Positions 37,023 through 47,806 of a DNA stretch of 64,000 nucleotides are shown here, in pieces. The notes beneath the pieces were generated by a model. The model ran no database searches. It had not been told where the DNA came from and saw nothing but the letters and a program-made list of their open reading frames with translations. A program made the translations under genes and the position numbers. This stretch comes from a virus (taxonomy: Duplodnaviria; Caudoviricetes): the IMG/VR virus record IMGVR_UViG_3300011008_000032, positions 1-64,000 of that record. One strand, written 5' to 3'. How positions within the stretch are numbered: the stretch's first letter is position 1; each line of letters begins with the position of its first letter.

Positions 37023-39043
37023 AAAGACTATAAACGAGGTTGCTCATGAAAAATCTGAAAAGCTATTAGATGGAATTGCATATTGGGGAAGTTTTTACAG
37101 GTGTAATCCACATAGATTTGTTAAAGAATATCTAAATATAACACTTAAGTTGTTCCAAAAAATAATCATCTTTATGATGATGGTAAGTACTAATTTTATG
37201 TATCTTGCTAGCCGTGGTCAACAAAAAAATAGGCCTAGCCGCATAGAAATATGTGGTTTCATAGAGGGGAAAATCGGTAGATGCTTAACTGCCAATACCG
37301 AGGTAAAATCATAGATTGCGAAAGGCTATGATTCACCGTAACGCATAGAGATTGAATAAATATAATATCTCCACGAGTCTCCTCCGCCCTAACGTAAAGT
37401 CGAGGGTGAAAATATATGCTAGACTGGAATGGAATTAACCATTCGATGAAAATGAAGGAAACTTCCAGAGCTATGGATAAAAAGCCATAGGTTAATAACA
37501 ATCGCAAGGCAAGTCATGGATTATTGCATTATATTGTGTAGTTAGATGTATCTTGTTTCCTGGTACTAAAATAGTAGTTGCCTCTGGAGTAAAAGCACAA
37601 GCAATAGAAATTATATCAAAAATAGAGACTGAATTTTTAAAAAACTATTCTTGGGGATCTCAAAATTTAAAGAACGAAATATCTTATATTTCTACTTCGC
37701 CAAACAATCCTGTATGTGAGTTTAAAGATGGCTCATATATACATGTAGTTACATCAAATGATAATGCTAGACATAACAGAGCTAATATTATAGTGGTTGA
37801 TGAATTTAGGCTTGTTGATCTTAATACAATAAATACGGTATTAAGAAAATTCTTAACTGCTCCTCGTCAACCAGGATATCTTAATAATCCTAAATATAAA
37901 CATTTAGAAGAAAGAAACTGTGAAATATATGCTAGTTCTGCGTGGTATCAAGCACACTGGTCATATTCAAAAGCCAAATCATATTTTTCAAATATGTTGG
38001 ATGATAAAAGAAAATATGTATGTATTGGATTACCATATCAGCTTGCAATAAAAGAAAGATTATTGCCTCGTGCACAAGTTGAAGATGAAATGTCTGAAGA
38101 AGATTTTGATCCTATTTCTTGGAAAATGGAAATGGAATGTATTTTCTATGGTGATTCAGATGGAGCGTTTTATAAATATGATGATTTATCAAAGTGTCGA
38201 AAAATTAAAACTGCATATCTTCCACTTTCTATGTACGAAAAACGTGGTATTAATGTTCCAGATTTAGCTCCTCAAGAAAGACGAATAATGTCTGTGGACG
38301 TAGCTCTCATGGCTAGTAGAAAACATAATAATGACGCTGCTGCTATGTGGATTAATGTAGCCATTCCTAATGGAACGGTATACATGAGTAATTATGTTTT
38401 TATTAAAACTTTTGAGGGATTAACTACGGACGAATTAGGCATAGAAATAATGCGTAATTTTTATAAATATAAATGTACTGATTTAGTATTGGATACACAA
38501 GGAAACGGTTTAGGCGTATATGATTTTATTATCAAAGAGCAATATGACGCTTCTACCGGAGAAACCTATGAAGCTATGACTTCGTGTAATAATCAAGAAA
38601 TGGCTGAAAGATGCAAAGTTAAAACAGCAAATAAAGTTGTATGGTGTATTAAGGCCACTGCAGATTTTAACTCAAACGCAGCTCAATCATTACGTGCAGG
38701 CATAATGAACGGTAATATTAATCTTTTGTGTGGAGAATTTGAGGCAGAAGATATAATAAAAAAACTTCCTAATTATGCAAAAATGTCAGATCGAGAAAAA
38801 GCAGATTTAATGCTTCCATATGTTCAAACTGGTTTTGCCATAAATGAAATGATTAATCTTGAATATGAAATTGTAAATAATAAAGTAAGGATCAAAGAAC
38901 GTAGTGGTATGCGTAAAGATAGATTTTCTAGTATTCAATATAACAATGCTATAGTACAAGAATTAAATACAAAATTAAAACCTAAAAATATTGAACAAGA
39001 TATTAGAAATATGTTTCTTATTCGAAAAGCTCATAGAGTATAA
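37012..39043 (+). CDS. terL: terminase large subunit, spliced (exon 1 37012-37218, exon 2 37505-39043; 581 aa)
   Basis: Splicing restores Walker A LASRG^QGKSW; Walker B IIVVDEFR; nuclease MSVDVAL...DRFSS. Confidence 0.9.
37219..37504 (+). mobile_element. group I intron, 286 nt, no ORF
   Basis: 5' exon ends in U, intron ends in G; P7 GCATA (37343-47)/TATGC (37415-19) with A-C bulge G-site; P4-like ATCGG/ACCGAG. Confidence 0.9.
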
Positions 39044-39108
39044 ATGAACCCTATTCGCCTCTTAATAATGCGTACCATTTAGGGTCTTTTTGCCGGAAAG
39101 GAGGCATT

Positions 39109-39258
39109 ATGAAAATAGATGCATATATGGGTAATGTCTCCTTTTCAAGATTTGTTGGCACAAAAACACTCAAAAAAGGAAAAGATATTAAAAACGATAA
39201 AGCCGAATATAAATATCGCGTTGAAAAGCGAGGACAATATATAGATATAAAAATATAA
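39109..39258 (+). CDS. 49-aa basic hypothetical protein between terL and portal
   Basis: Strong RBS AAAGGAGG; MKIDAYMGNVSFSRFVGTKTLKK... Confidence 0.6.
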   Translation: MKIDAYMGNVSFSRFVGTKTLKKGKDIKNDKAEYKYRVEKRGQYIDIKI

Positions 39259-39271
39259 AGGAGGGTGCCGT

Positions 39272-40819
39272 ATGGCTAATCAAAAAAGTGCTACTAGTGG
39301 CACTCCAAAACGTACTGCTGCAGAACTTAAACAGTGGTATGAAGAAAATCGAACTAAAATAGAAAAATATACCAGGGCTAAGGATGGTGCTGAAATATTA
39401 ACGGATTTAACACAGAGTTTTAATCCGACTAAGGTAAGTACGATTAATAAAGAAGAACTTAGAGCGTGGTTTAAAAGTATAGGTTCTAATGAAAAGAATT
39501 TTAGAAAGACTGCAAGATATTTGTATTATAGATCTAATGTATTTTATAGACTTGTAAATTGGTATGCGAATATGTTTGATCTAAATGCAAGAAAAGTAAC
39601 ACCGGAATATAATATTGTTAAAGGTGGTGACGCTAAAAAATTTCTTCAGTCATATTCTGATACATTAGATTGCTTAGATATATTAAATATACAAAATAAT
39701 ATTCTAGAAGTACTTATTAACGTATTCATAGAAGATGTATATTATGGATTAATTATTAAAGATGATACTGGCTCTTTCTTTTATAGACTTGATCCAGATG
39801 AATGTATCATAGATGGTAAATATTACACTGGTAATTATTCATTTGGAATGGATATGAGTAAATGGGCATCTTCAAAGAAACAAAAAATAATTGAAATGAT
39901 TGGGGAACCTCTTGTTAGTATGTATAAAGAGTATGAGCAAACTCGTGCTAAATATATACATGTGCCTGGGGAGTACTCTGCTTGTTTTAAATTTAGAACA
40001 GATTTACCTAATCTTGTACTTCCGCCATTTGCTCCATTATTTCTTCAGATTGCAGCATTAGAAGATCTCGTGGATATTCAGGCAGAGGCTGATGCGTTAG
40101 CTATTTATAAGCTCATATATATGCCTTTGAACGTATTGTCTGGAACAAAAGAATCTGATGATTTCGAAATAAGTCCTGATATAGCTAAAGATTATTTTAA
40201 GAGTCTATTAGACGCTATACCGGAAAATGTTGCTGGAGCAATGGTACCCGGTAAAGAGTTAAAAGTTATAGATTTCGAAAATACTAATGATAAAGAAGTA
40301 AACTCTGTTGAGACTGCTTCAAATCAGATATTGCAGACTGCTGGTGGTGGAGCTGTAATAAATTCTTCCAAGATCACTTCAACTGCTGCTTTTAATGCAT
40401 GGTTAAAATCTGAAACTGAATTTGCTATATCTCCTCTTCTGCCGCAAATAGAAGGATTTACGAATTTACAGTTATCATTTATGTCTAAGAAAGCGGCAAA
40501 GGTGAGTTACTTTCCTATATCTGTATATACAAAAGACGACTATGCAAAGCGTATGCTTGAATCTGCACAATACGGATATACCAATAGAATAGCATATGGG
40601 ACATTAATAGGTATATCTGAACGTGAACAACTTGCTAGTATATTCTTAGAAAATGAAGTTCTTAAATTACAGGATAAGATGATTTATCCTCTTACATCTT
40701 CATTTACTTCTAGTGGTGGAATTACTGAAGATGGATATACCCCCGAGATAGGACAAGGGGCCCCGGTAAAGGATGCTGGAGACCTTACTCCCGAAGGCGA
40801 AAGAAGTCGAAATAGGTGA
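39272..40819 (+). CDS. portal protein (SPbeta YonE-like)
   Basis: 515 aa, follows terL; YLYYRSNVFYRLVNWYANM and LVLPPF patterns typical of this phage group; assignment mostly by position. Confidence 0.75.
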   Translation: MANQKSATSGTPKRTAAELKQWYEENRTKIEKYTRAKDGAEILTDLTQSFNPTKVSTINKEELRAWFKSIGSNEKNFRKTARYLYYRSNVFYRLVNWYANMFDLNARKVTPEYNIVKGGDAKKFLQSYSDTLDCLDILNIQNNILEVLINVFIEDVYYGLIIKDDTGSFFYRLDPDECIIDGKYYTGNYSFGMDMSKWASSKKQKIIEMIGEPLVSMYKEYEQTRAKYIHVPGEYSACFKFRTDLPNLVLPPFAPLFLQIAALEDLVDIQAEADALAIYKLIYMPLNVLSGTKESDDFEISPDIAKDYFKSLLDAIPENVAGAMVPGKELKVIDFENTNDKEVNSVETASNQILQTAGGGAVINSSKITSTAAFNAWLKSETEFAISPLLPQIEGFTNLQLSFMSKKAAKVSYFPISVYTKDDYAKRMLESAQYGYTNRIAYGTLIGISEREQLASIFLENEVLKLQDKMIYPLTSSFTSSGGITEDGYTPEIGQGAPVKDAGDLTPEGERSRNR

Positions 40820-40824
40820 GGTAA

Positions 40825-40989
40825 ATGAAACAGTTTTATATACGTACTCGTGATGAAGTTACTAAAAACAAATTGATTAAATATAATTTCACTCTCCTTA
40901 AAAAGGAGGGTGATTTTTATATATTTATAAATGATGGAACTCAGAAGAAAGGAACTGACAATGAAAAAGCGTTTGATGACATTGTCTGA
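40825..40989 (+). CDS. 54-aa hypothetical protein
   Basis: RBS GAGGT; MKQFYIRTRDEVTKNKLIKYNF... Confidence 0.55.
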   Translation: MKQFYIRTRDEVTKNKLIKYNFTLLKKEGDFYIFINDGTQKKGTDNEKAFDDIV

Positions 40990-42550
40990 TTTATATAATT
41001 TCTATGCGACCCAAGGTAAAACGCAGAAATTTAATTGCGAGAAAACTGGAGAACCAATAGCGGTTCAAGTTGATGGTAAATTAAGTTTTTCTAAATCAGA
41101 CGCTATGGAGGGATTATATCCCACTAGGGTTCAGCTAAATTTCATTGGGGATAATCTAAACAATTCTAGGATAGAAATGAAAGCTCAGGAAAATGCACTT
41201 TCATCTTCTAAGTTTAGGCCCCTTCTTGCATACATTCATGAAGTGGATGGAGAACCACAGTTCTATGGGCATAACATGCATGAAAATGAAAAAGATGAAC
41301 TTGTCTATGATGAGCAACCTGTTGGTGTAATAGCAGAAGAAGCTCATATTGAACATGATGACGAATATGATAAAGACTATGCAGTTGCAAATGGGTATAT
41401 ATGGGAAGAATATTCTGATGCTGCATATATACTCGAAAGAGATGAAAAATGTGATGTATCTGTAGAATTATCTATTAGATCTTTATCATATAATGCCAAA
41501 GATAAAATCTTAGTTCTTGAAGACTTTTATTATTCGGGATGTACTATTCTCGGAGTAGATGAGGATGGTGTCAAAGTAAAACCTGCTATGCCCGGAAGTA
41601 ATATTACTCTCGCTGACTTCAGTGCTGATTGTGCTGATTCAGATAAATTGGAACAGATTTCTAATCAACTTAAAGAGTTGATTTCTAAATTTGAATCCAT
41701 AAAAAATACTTCAAGAAAGGAGGACGTTCCAGTGGCAGAAGTTGAATTAATGGAAAATGCTGAAGAAGCTGTTGTACAAGAAGAGCAAATAGCCGAGACC
41801 ACTGAGGGAGAAGTAACTGAAGTTGAACTTGAGTCAACTGAGACGACTCCTGAAGAAGTGGAAAATGTCGAGGAAAACATGGAAGTCGAAAATGAAGTTC
41901 CAAACGATAATCATTCTGTGAAATTCTCTGTTACCGATGGTGAAAATACAAAAGATTTTTCATTAAGTCTTAATGAAAAACTTTATGCTATGAATTCACT
42001 TGTTAATGAAACATACGGCGAACTTGATAATGAGTGGTATGACGTACAGGTATTTGAAGATGAAAAGATTGTTGAAATGTACGGTTTCTTTACCGGAAAA
42101 GCATATAGACAGTCTTATAAGATGAAGAAAGATTCATTCCAGCTTATAGGTGATCGTATAGAAGTATTCGCTAGATATTTATCACAGGACGAAATTAATG
42201 CTCTTGAAAAGATGAAATCAGATTTCTCAGAACTTCAGACTACTTATACTGAGAAAGCAGAGCTGCTTGAAAAGTATGAGTCAGAGCCTACAAAGATGGA
42301 AATACTTAATGCTACTAAGTATAGCTATGTTGCAGGAACTGAAGAATTCGATGAATTAGTAAAGAATCATTTTGATCTTTCCGTAGAAGATGTAACTAAG
42401 AAAGCGGATGAAATACTTCTTTCATACGCTGAGTCTGGTTCTCTTAAATTCTCAGTAAATGAAAAGAAAGAACATAAGGATATTAATCCTATCCCTTATG
42501 TTGAAAAAGAAACGAAACCTAGCAGATACGGTAATCTGTTTAGTAGATAA
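40961..42550 (+). CDS. prohead protease/scaffold fusion (YonD-like)
   Basis: N-terminal protease-like GDNLNNS...CDVSVEL...GCTILG; acidic linker; coiled-coil C-terminus; start revised to ATG 40961. Confidence 0.75.
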   Translation: MKKRLMTLSDLYNFYATQGKTQKFNCEKTGEPIAVQVDGKLSFSKSDAMEGLYPTRVQLNFIGDNLNNSRIEMKAQENALSSSKFRPLLAYIHEVDGEPQFYGHNMHENEKDELVYDEQPVGVIAEEAHIEHDDEYDKDYAVANGYIWEEYSDAAYILERDEKCDVSVELSIRSLSYNAKDKILVLEDFYYSGCTILGVDEDGVKVKPAMPGSNITLADFSADCADSDKLEQISNQLKELISKFESIKNTSRKEDVPVAEVELMENAEEAVVQEEQIAETTEGEVTEVELESTETTPEEVENVEENMEVENEVPNDNHSVKFSVTDGENTKDFSLSLNEKLYAMNSLVNETYGELDNEWYDVQVFEDEKIVEMYGFFTGKAYRQSYKMKKDSFQLIGDRIEVFARYLSQDEINALEKMKSDFSELQTTYTEKAELLEKYESEPTKMEILNATKYSYVAGTEEFDELVKNHFDLSVEDVTKKADEILLSYAESGSLKFSVNEKKEHKDINPIPYVEKETKPSRYGNLFSR

Positions 42551-42570
42551 ATTTTAAGGAGGAAAATTAA

Positions 42571-43026
42571 ATGGCTATTAGATATGCTATTGAATCCCAT
42601 GCTTGGGGTGCACCTGCTAAAGTCCTTGCGGCTGAAGGCGGAAAGCACATTTATAATGTTCAGATTTCTGAAGATTACGATAATACTAACTTCTTAGCTA
42701 AAGATGCTTGGTTATCATTTGACCTCTATTCGGAGAAGGCCGCTACTGGTTTTTCCGGTATAGTTCGTGAGCAGGCTGCTAATGGAAATTATTATGTAGA
42801 AGTTGTAGATCCCGGTGACGCTCTCTTCGTTTACAATGTTCCGATTATTGAAGAAGAGTTTACCAATAACTTTAAGAAAGAATCTAATTTCTTTAACGCA
42901 GCTGGTGATGTAGTTCGTGCATATGAACTTGCAGCTGGTGATATTCTTGAGATTTCTGAAGCTGGATTTACTGCAGCTCCTACTATTGGTGCTACGGTAG
43001 CTATCAGCGGTAAGAAACTTGCATAA
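42571..43026 (+). CDS. putative capsid-associated/decoration protein
   Basis: 151 aa, between scaffold and MCP, highly expressed codon usage. Confidence 0.6.
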   Translation: MAIRYAIESHAWGAPAKVLAAEGGKHIYNVQISEDYDNTNFLAKDAWLSFDLYSEKAATGFSGIVREQAANGNYYVEVVDPGDALFVYNVPIIEEEFTNNFKKESNFFNAAGDVVRAYELAAGDILEISEAGFTAAPTIGATVAISGKKLA

Positions 43027-43048
43027 TTAAGGAAAGGAGGAAACATTA

Positions 43049-45243
43049 ATGACTAACGAAATTAAAAATCTTATGTTCGACCTTTCCGCAGGTCGTAGTA
43101 TTTATGACGCAGAGTCAAACAGAGAAATCTCTGCAGCAGAAGCAAATGAAACACTTAAGAATTTCTGCATAAATGAACTTGGACTTACAGATAAGTCTAC
43201 AGAGCGTGATATCAGGAGAGCTATGAAGTCTCAGAAGGGTATTGAGCTCATGCAGGTTATTGAGGAGATCCTTGACGAGAAGATCGCTACTGGTTGGAAG
43301 GACGACGAGTTCTTTGATCAGTTCGTTGAGATAAGAAATCTCGCAGATGGAGATAAGAATGAGTTCTGGACACAGAAGGATATCATTCTTAACCTTGAGC
43401 GTGTTTCGGGCGATCATCATGACCTTAACTATAGGGCCTGTGTAGTGAAAGCTGCATAATAAATAATGCATTGAATTGCTGGAAAATCCTAAAGACAACT
43501 AAACCACAACGTAATGATGAAATAAGCATAAGCGTGACGGTTACGAAAGTAGAAAAAATTAGTTGTATGGAAACGAGGTTAAATCCCCTGTTTTTTTATA
43601 ATGGACAATCAGCCTCTAAGCCTCGAATAGAGGAAAGATCAACGACCATCCCATTGGTTGTAGAAATACAACAACAGGAGTACGGCACAAGTGTGTGGGT
43701 GAAAATCCCTTAAATGGAAGTGGTGCACATCCCAAGTGGATGAAGATATGGTCTGTTCACAAATGAAAATTTGTGGAGTAGAAATACTCAACCGGGAGTA
43801 ACGTCCCGATAAAATATTTTCCGAAAAGAGATAAATTAATATGAGAAAAAATATTAGGTGTGGCATTTATTGTATTGAAAATATAAATACAAATAAAAAA
43901 TACATAGGTCAATCAGTTAATATTGATGACCGTTGGTCTAAACATAAAAGTGAATTGCGTAGTAATTCTCATGATAATGATTATCTTCAAAAGGCATGGA
44001 ATAAATATGGTGAGGATAATTTTCGATTTTATATATTAGAGGAATGCAATAGTTCAGATTTAAATGAACGTGAAATCTATTATATAAATTTATATCAAAC
44101 ATTAGATTATAAAAATGGATATAATTTAAAAGAAGGCGGTCAATATGGCGCTGTTTCAGAATATGGAATTTCCAAAATAAAACAATCACTAAAAAGAGCA
44201 TATGAGAATACTGATTTAAGAGAAAAACGTAAACTTGATGTTCTTAAACAATGGGCCGATCCGGTTATCAAATCAAAGATACTTGGTAAAAATAACGGCA
44301 TGTATGGTAAAACACATACAGAAGAAGCTAAGAAGAAAATATCTGATGCTCAAAAAGGTAGAATTTCTTCTAGACGCAATTTGCAACCAGTACTTTGTAT
44401 TGAATTAAATAAAATATATAGTTGTGCCGCCGAAGCAATGAAAGAATTACATCCTGCTTCTTCAATTTTAGAAGTATGTAAAGGACATAGAAAAACTGCC
44501 GGTGGCTATCATTGGAAATTTTTATCGGAAAATATATAAGTTAAACATATAGTATAGTTCAGAAATTAAACGAAGGTCAGTCTCAGTCAATTCCTACGAG
44601 TGTATATGGTATCAAAGTTGGTGCCTTCATTCGTGAATTTGTTCTTGGACGTAAGAATTGGTCTGAGTTTACTGATGCCGTTGCTAAGGCATTTGTAAAT
44701 GAGATCAAGAATGTAACATATAGAGAGTTTATGAACGCAGGTTCTAAAATCCCTGTATCAGCTCAGTTTAATAAGACTGGTTCTCTTACAGCAGCTACAA
44801 AGGATACATTTGATACTCTTCTTGAGGATGTATCCATGGCTAATGATGGAGCTCCGGTAGTTATTATGGGTACTAAGACAGCTCTTAGAAACCTTAACGC
44901 ACTTAGCGATGTTAACTGGAGAGCTGATTCTCAGAAGGAATCTGTTGCTCATTCTGGTATGCTTGGTGATTATGAGGGTACAGTTCTTATTGAGATACCT
45001 AATAGGTTTGCAAAGAACGATACAACTCAGAAGCTTATCGATAGTACAAAGCTTCTTATTATGCCTCTTGTAGACATTAAGCCCGTTAAGTTTATCGATG
45101 GCGGAGAAACAACTCTTGAAGTATCTGAAATCGGTGAGACGATGGATGATCGTCAGACATATGAAGTACAGAGACGTATGGGTGTAGGTACGATTATTAC
45201 TCGTTATTTTGGAACCTGGAATCTCCAGACAGCATCTGTATAA
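43049..45243 (+). CDS. major capsid protein, spliced (exon 1 43049-43425, exon 2 44553-45243; 355 aa)
   Basis: Splicing gives SGDHHDL^IVQKLNEGQ in frame with ORF 44731; position after scaffold. Confidence 0.85.
43426..44552 (+). mobile_element. group I intron, 1127 nt, carrying GIY-YIG endonuclease downstream of P7
   Basis: P1 CCU^UA/UAGGG with U-G at splice site; P10 AACUAUA/UAUAGUU; P GAATTGCTGGAAA, Q AATCAGCC; P7 GACCA (43644-48)/TGGTC (43749-53); terminal G 44552. Confidence 0.92.
43841..44539 (+). CDS. intron-encoded GIY-YIG homing endonuclease (NUMOD3/NUMOD1 tail)
   Basis: CGIYCIEN...KYIGQS...R...HKSEL...E; GYN; MYGKTHTEEAKKKIS; KTAGGYHWKF. Confidence 0.95.
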   Translation: MRKNIRCGIYCIENINTNKKYIGQSVNIDDRWSKHKSELRSNSHDNDYLQKAWNKYGEDNFRFYILEECNSSDLNEREIYYINLYQTLDYKNGYNLKEGGQYGAVSEYGISKIKQSLKRAYENTDLREKRKLDVLKQWADPVIKSKILGKNNGMYGKTHTEEAKKKISDAQKGRISSRRNLQPVLCIELNKIYSCAAEAMKELHPASSILEVCKGHRKTAGGYHWKFLSENI

Positions 45244-45250
45244 TATTTAT

Positions 45251-45273
45251 GGAGAGGATAATTAATCCTCTCC
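45251..45273 (+). terminator. GGAGAGGAT/ATCCTCTCC hairpin after MCP (terminator or processing site)
   Basis: 9-bp stem followed by TATTT; one of five related hairpins. Confidence 0.5.
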
Positions 45274-45296
45274 TATTTGATTAAAAGGAGAATAAA

Positions 45297-45821
45297 ATGG
45301 CAACAAGTATGAAGAAAACAACAACTTCTAAACCTAAAGTTGAAGAAACATCAACAAAAAGAGTATTTGAACCAAACGATTTAATTCCCTGTAAGTCTAT
45401 TACTGCTGGCGAATTACTTATGGAAGGTTATAAAACTAAATTTGTTTATAGATGGGCAGATTATGACGATGTTCAAGAAGTTGAGTATCAGGACTTAGCC
45501 TATGATATTCGAATTCAAGGGCGCTCATACTCTAAGTATCCCAGATTTATTATTTTAGATGATGATTTTATTGAACAGAATCCGGTTCTTAATGAAGTAT
45601 ATTCTAAAATATATACCATTTCGGATTTACGTAAAATATTAGAAATGACACCTGCTGAAATAAAGAAGACTGTAAATACTCTTCCTAAGGGAGCGAGGGA
45701 TTCATTAAAAACAATTGTTTCAACGGCTATAGCCAATGGTACACTTGATTCTGTTAATAAGATTAAGGTCTTTGATGAGATATTCGAAACTGAGATGGTT
45801 CAGACGTTGTTTGATGCTTAA
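45297..45821 (+). CDS. hypothetical head-region protein
   Basis: 174-aa ORF, AAAGGAG RBS. Confidence 0.8.
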   Translation: MATSMKKTTTSKPKVEETSTKRVFEPNDLIPCKSITAGELLMEGYKTKFVYRWADYDDVQEVEYQDLAYDIRIQGRSYSKYPRFIILDDDFIEQNPVLNEVYSKIYTISDLRKILEMTPAEIKKTVNTLPKGARDSLKTIVSTAIANGTLDSVNKIKVFDEIFETEMVQTLFDA

Positions 45822-45835
45822 TTAATAGGAGGTAC

Positions 45836-46303
45836 GTGATGGCCTCGTTGTCTTATGACGAAATATTCAGCGACTTCTTGGGGAGCGTCACGGATTATGA
45901 ATTAGCATCTATTAACATAGATGATATGTATGGTCTGATGACTGAGTATCTCCATAAAGCGTTGTCTTTGTCTTATGTTCGCAGATTATTTAGTTCTGTA
46001 GAATTTGATGATACTATTCAGAGCTTTACTTTTGAATTAGATAATCAAGTCGATGAAGCCGCGGACTTAGATTTTGTAAAATATATTTTGTCTAAAGGTA
46101 TGGTGATTGAGTGGTTAAAACCACAAGTAAGAAGTAAGATTAATATAGCTCAGTTCTTCGGCGGTAAAGAACAAAAATATTATAGCCAAGCTCAACACTT
46201 ATCAGAACTTCGAGGATTATTAGAAGATACACAACTCGAAATGCGTAAAGCAATAAGAGATCGTGGTTATATCTATAATCCGTATTTGAAGGGAGGTAAA
46301 TGA
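45836..46303 (+). CDS. putative head-tail adaptor
   Basis: 155 aa, position after MCP. Confidence 0.55.
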   Translation: MMASLSYDEIFSDFLGSVTDYELASINIDDMYGLMTEYLHKALSLSYVRRLFSSVEFDDTIQSFTFELDNQVDEAADLDFVKYILSKGMVIEWLKPQVRSKINIAQFFGGKEQKYYSQAQHLSELRGLLEDTQLEMRKAIRDRGYIYNPYLKGGK

Positions 46304-46638
46304 TGTGGAGGCATAAGTATGGCGAATTTAATTCTAACCAAATCGAAGAAACTAAGAAATATATTCGCAAACAAATTTACTTCTTACTTCTTTATGTAGA
46401 TCCAAATACTAAAGACGAATATCCAAATGTGAATGTTGAGAGTGCATTCAATAATATATTAAATAAGCTCGGAGGATTAAATGAACTACTCTTCTATCCT
46501 ACAGAATTAGTAACCGTTTTAAGTCTTTTAGAGCAAGCTCTCATCGAATATACTAGTCCAAATTTTAATTTTGGAACTTATCGAAAATTAATTCTTGATG
46601 CTGGAAATGAGGTTTTAAAGATCAAGGAGGTGAAGTAA
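46300..46638 (+). CDS. hypothetical morphogenesis protein
   Basis: 112-aa ORF coupled to neighbours. Confidence 0.75.
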   Translation: MMWRHKYGEFNSNQIEETKKYIRKQIYFLLLYVDPNTKDEYPNVNVESAFNNILNKLGGLNELLFYPTELVTVLSLLEQALIEYTSPNFNFGTYRKLILDAGNEVLKIKEVK

Positions 46639-46639
46639 T

Positions 46640-47794
46640 ATGCCATCTCCTACTGATTATAGAAAACTTTTAGGAAATAAAACTATTGGTCAAGCCCATA
46701 AAGATATGTCTGATAAAATAATGGATTATACTTGGTGGAATGATATACAATCTCGTGTTATATATTTATTCGACTATTGGCATGATAAGAACAAGACTTT
46801 TCTCAATGATATAAAAATTGATGAAGATAATATGACTCCTATTGATGCTAAATTTGTAATGTATAGTTCTCAGACGTTTGACAAGGATGCGGTAACTTTC
46901 CATCTACAATTTAGGCCAGGACAACAATGTAATGTTAATTATTATGATGAGTTTTTCAAAAAGCCATATGACGCATTATTTCCAATTGGATTGTATGCAC
47001 TCATTCCTGACGAACAAGGAATTTATAATCGTTGGCTTATAGTTGAAAAGGCAAACTATAACGTTACACAGTTCCCTACATTTGAGATTTTACGTTGTGA
47101 TAAAGTATTCGAATGGATTTTTGATGGGAAGAAATATAGATGTCCAGGCGTTCTCAGAAGCCAGAATAGCTACAACTCCGGTATTTGGGAGGATAACTCC
47201 GTGACATTTCCGGAAGATCAATATAAATTCTGCGTTCCTATTAATCGAGATACTGAAAACCTTTATCAAAATCAAAGATTAATAATTGATAATAAGGTAA
47301 ACTCAGAGCCACGTACTTGGCAAGTATCCAAAATTAATCGTATATCTCCAAATGGGATAGTGCGAATAACGTTGGCACAGGATAGATTTAATTCGGAAAG
47401 AGATTATATTGAAAAAGATTCTGATGGAAATATTATTGGTCAATGGGCAGATTATCTTACACAACCAATAGAACCAATGGATCCCGATTTTTCCGATTTA
47501 TTCGAAGCAGAGATAGGTTATACAGGCGATAAACCTGAACTCAAAATTGGTGGACGGTATAAGAAATTTAATATTGAATTTAAAGATGGAGTATTCAGAA
47601 GTGGTAGTTGGAAATGTTTTATTAATGGAAGTGAATTCACTAATGTAACGTATAAGACTACCGGCATGAAAATAAATGAAATTGGTATCCGTTTTGACGG
47701 CGGAGAAGATTACATGGACTCTATTCTTACATTAAAATATATAACTGATGATGGTAGTGAAATACCATTAGATGTCAAGATTGTTTCTTTATAA
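46640..47794 (+). CDS. putative head-tail joining protein
   Basis: 384 aa in neck module; function by position only. Confidence 0.55.
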   Translation: MPSPTDYRKLLGNKTIGQAHKDMSDKIMDYTWWNDIQSRVIYLFDYWHDKNKTFLNDIKIDEDNMTPIDAKFVMYSSQTFDKDAVTFHLQFRPGQQCNVNYYDEFFKKPYDALFPIGLYALIPDEQGIYNRWLIVEKANYNVTQFPTFEILRCDKVFEWIFDGKKYRCPGVLRSQNSYNSGIWEDNSVTFPEDQYKFCVPINRDTENLYQNQRLIIDNKVNSEPRTWQVSKINRISPNGIVRITLAQDRFNSERDYIEKDSDGNIIGQWADYLTQPIEPMDPDFSDLFEAEIGYTGDKPELKIGGRYKKFNIEFKDGVFRSGSWKCFINGSEFTNVTYKTTGMKINEIGIRFDGGEDYMDSILTLKYITDDGSEIPLDVKIVSL

Positions 47795-47806
47795 TGAGGT
47801 GATATT

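Noticed and set aside
37000-37314. Independent 104-aa gene and separate 496-aa terminase as given by the ORF track
   Set aside because: They are exon 1 (plus intron read-through) and exon 2 of one spliced terL.
43471-43866. ORFs 43471-43713 (+), 43639-43866 (-) and 43115-43498 (-)
   Set aside because: They lie in or across the intron catalytic core and MCP exon 1; spurious.
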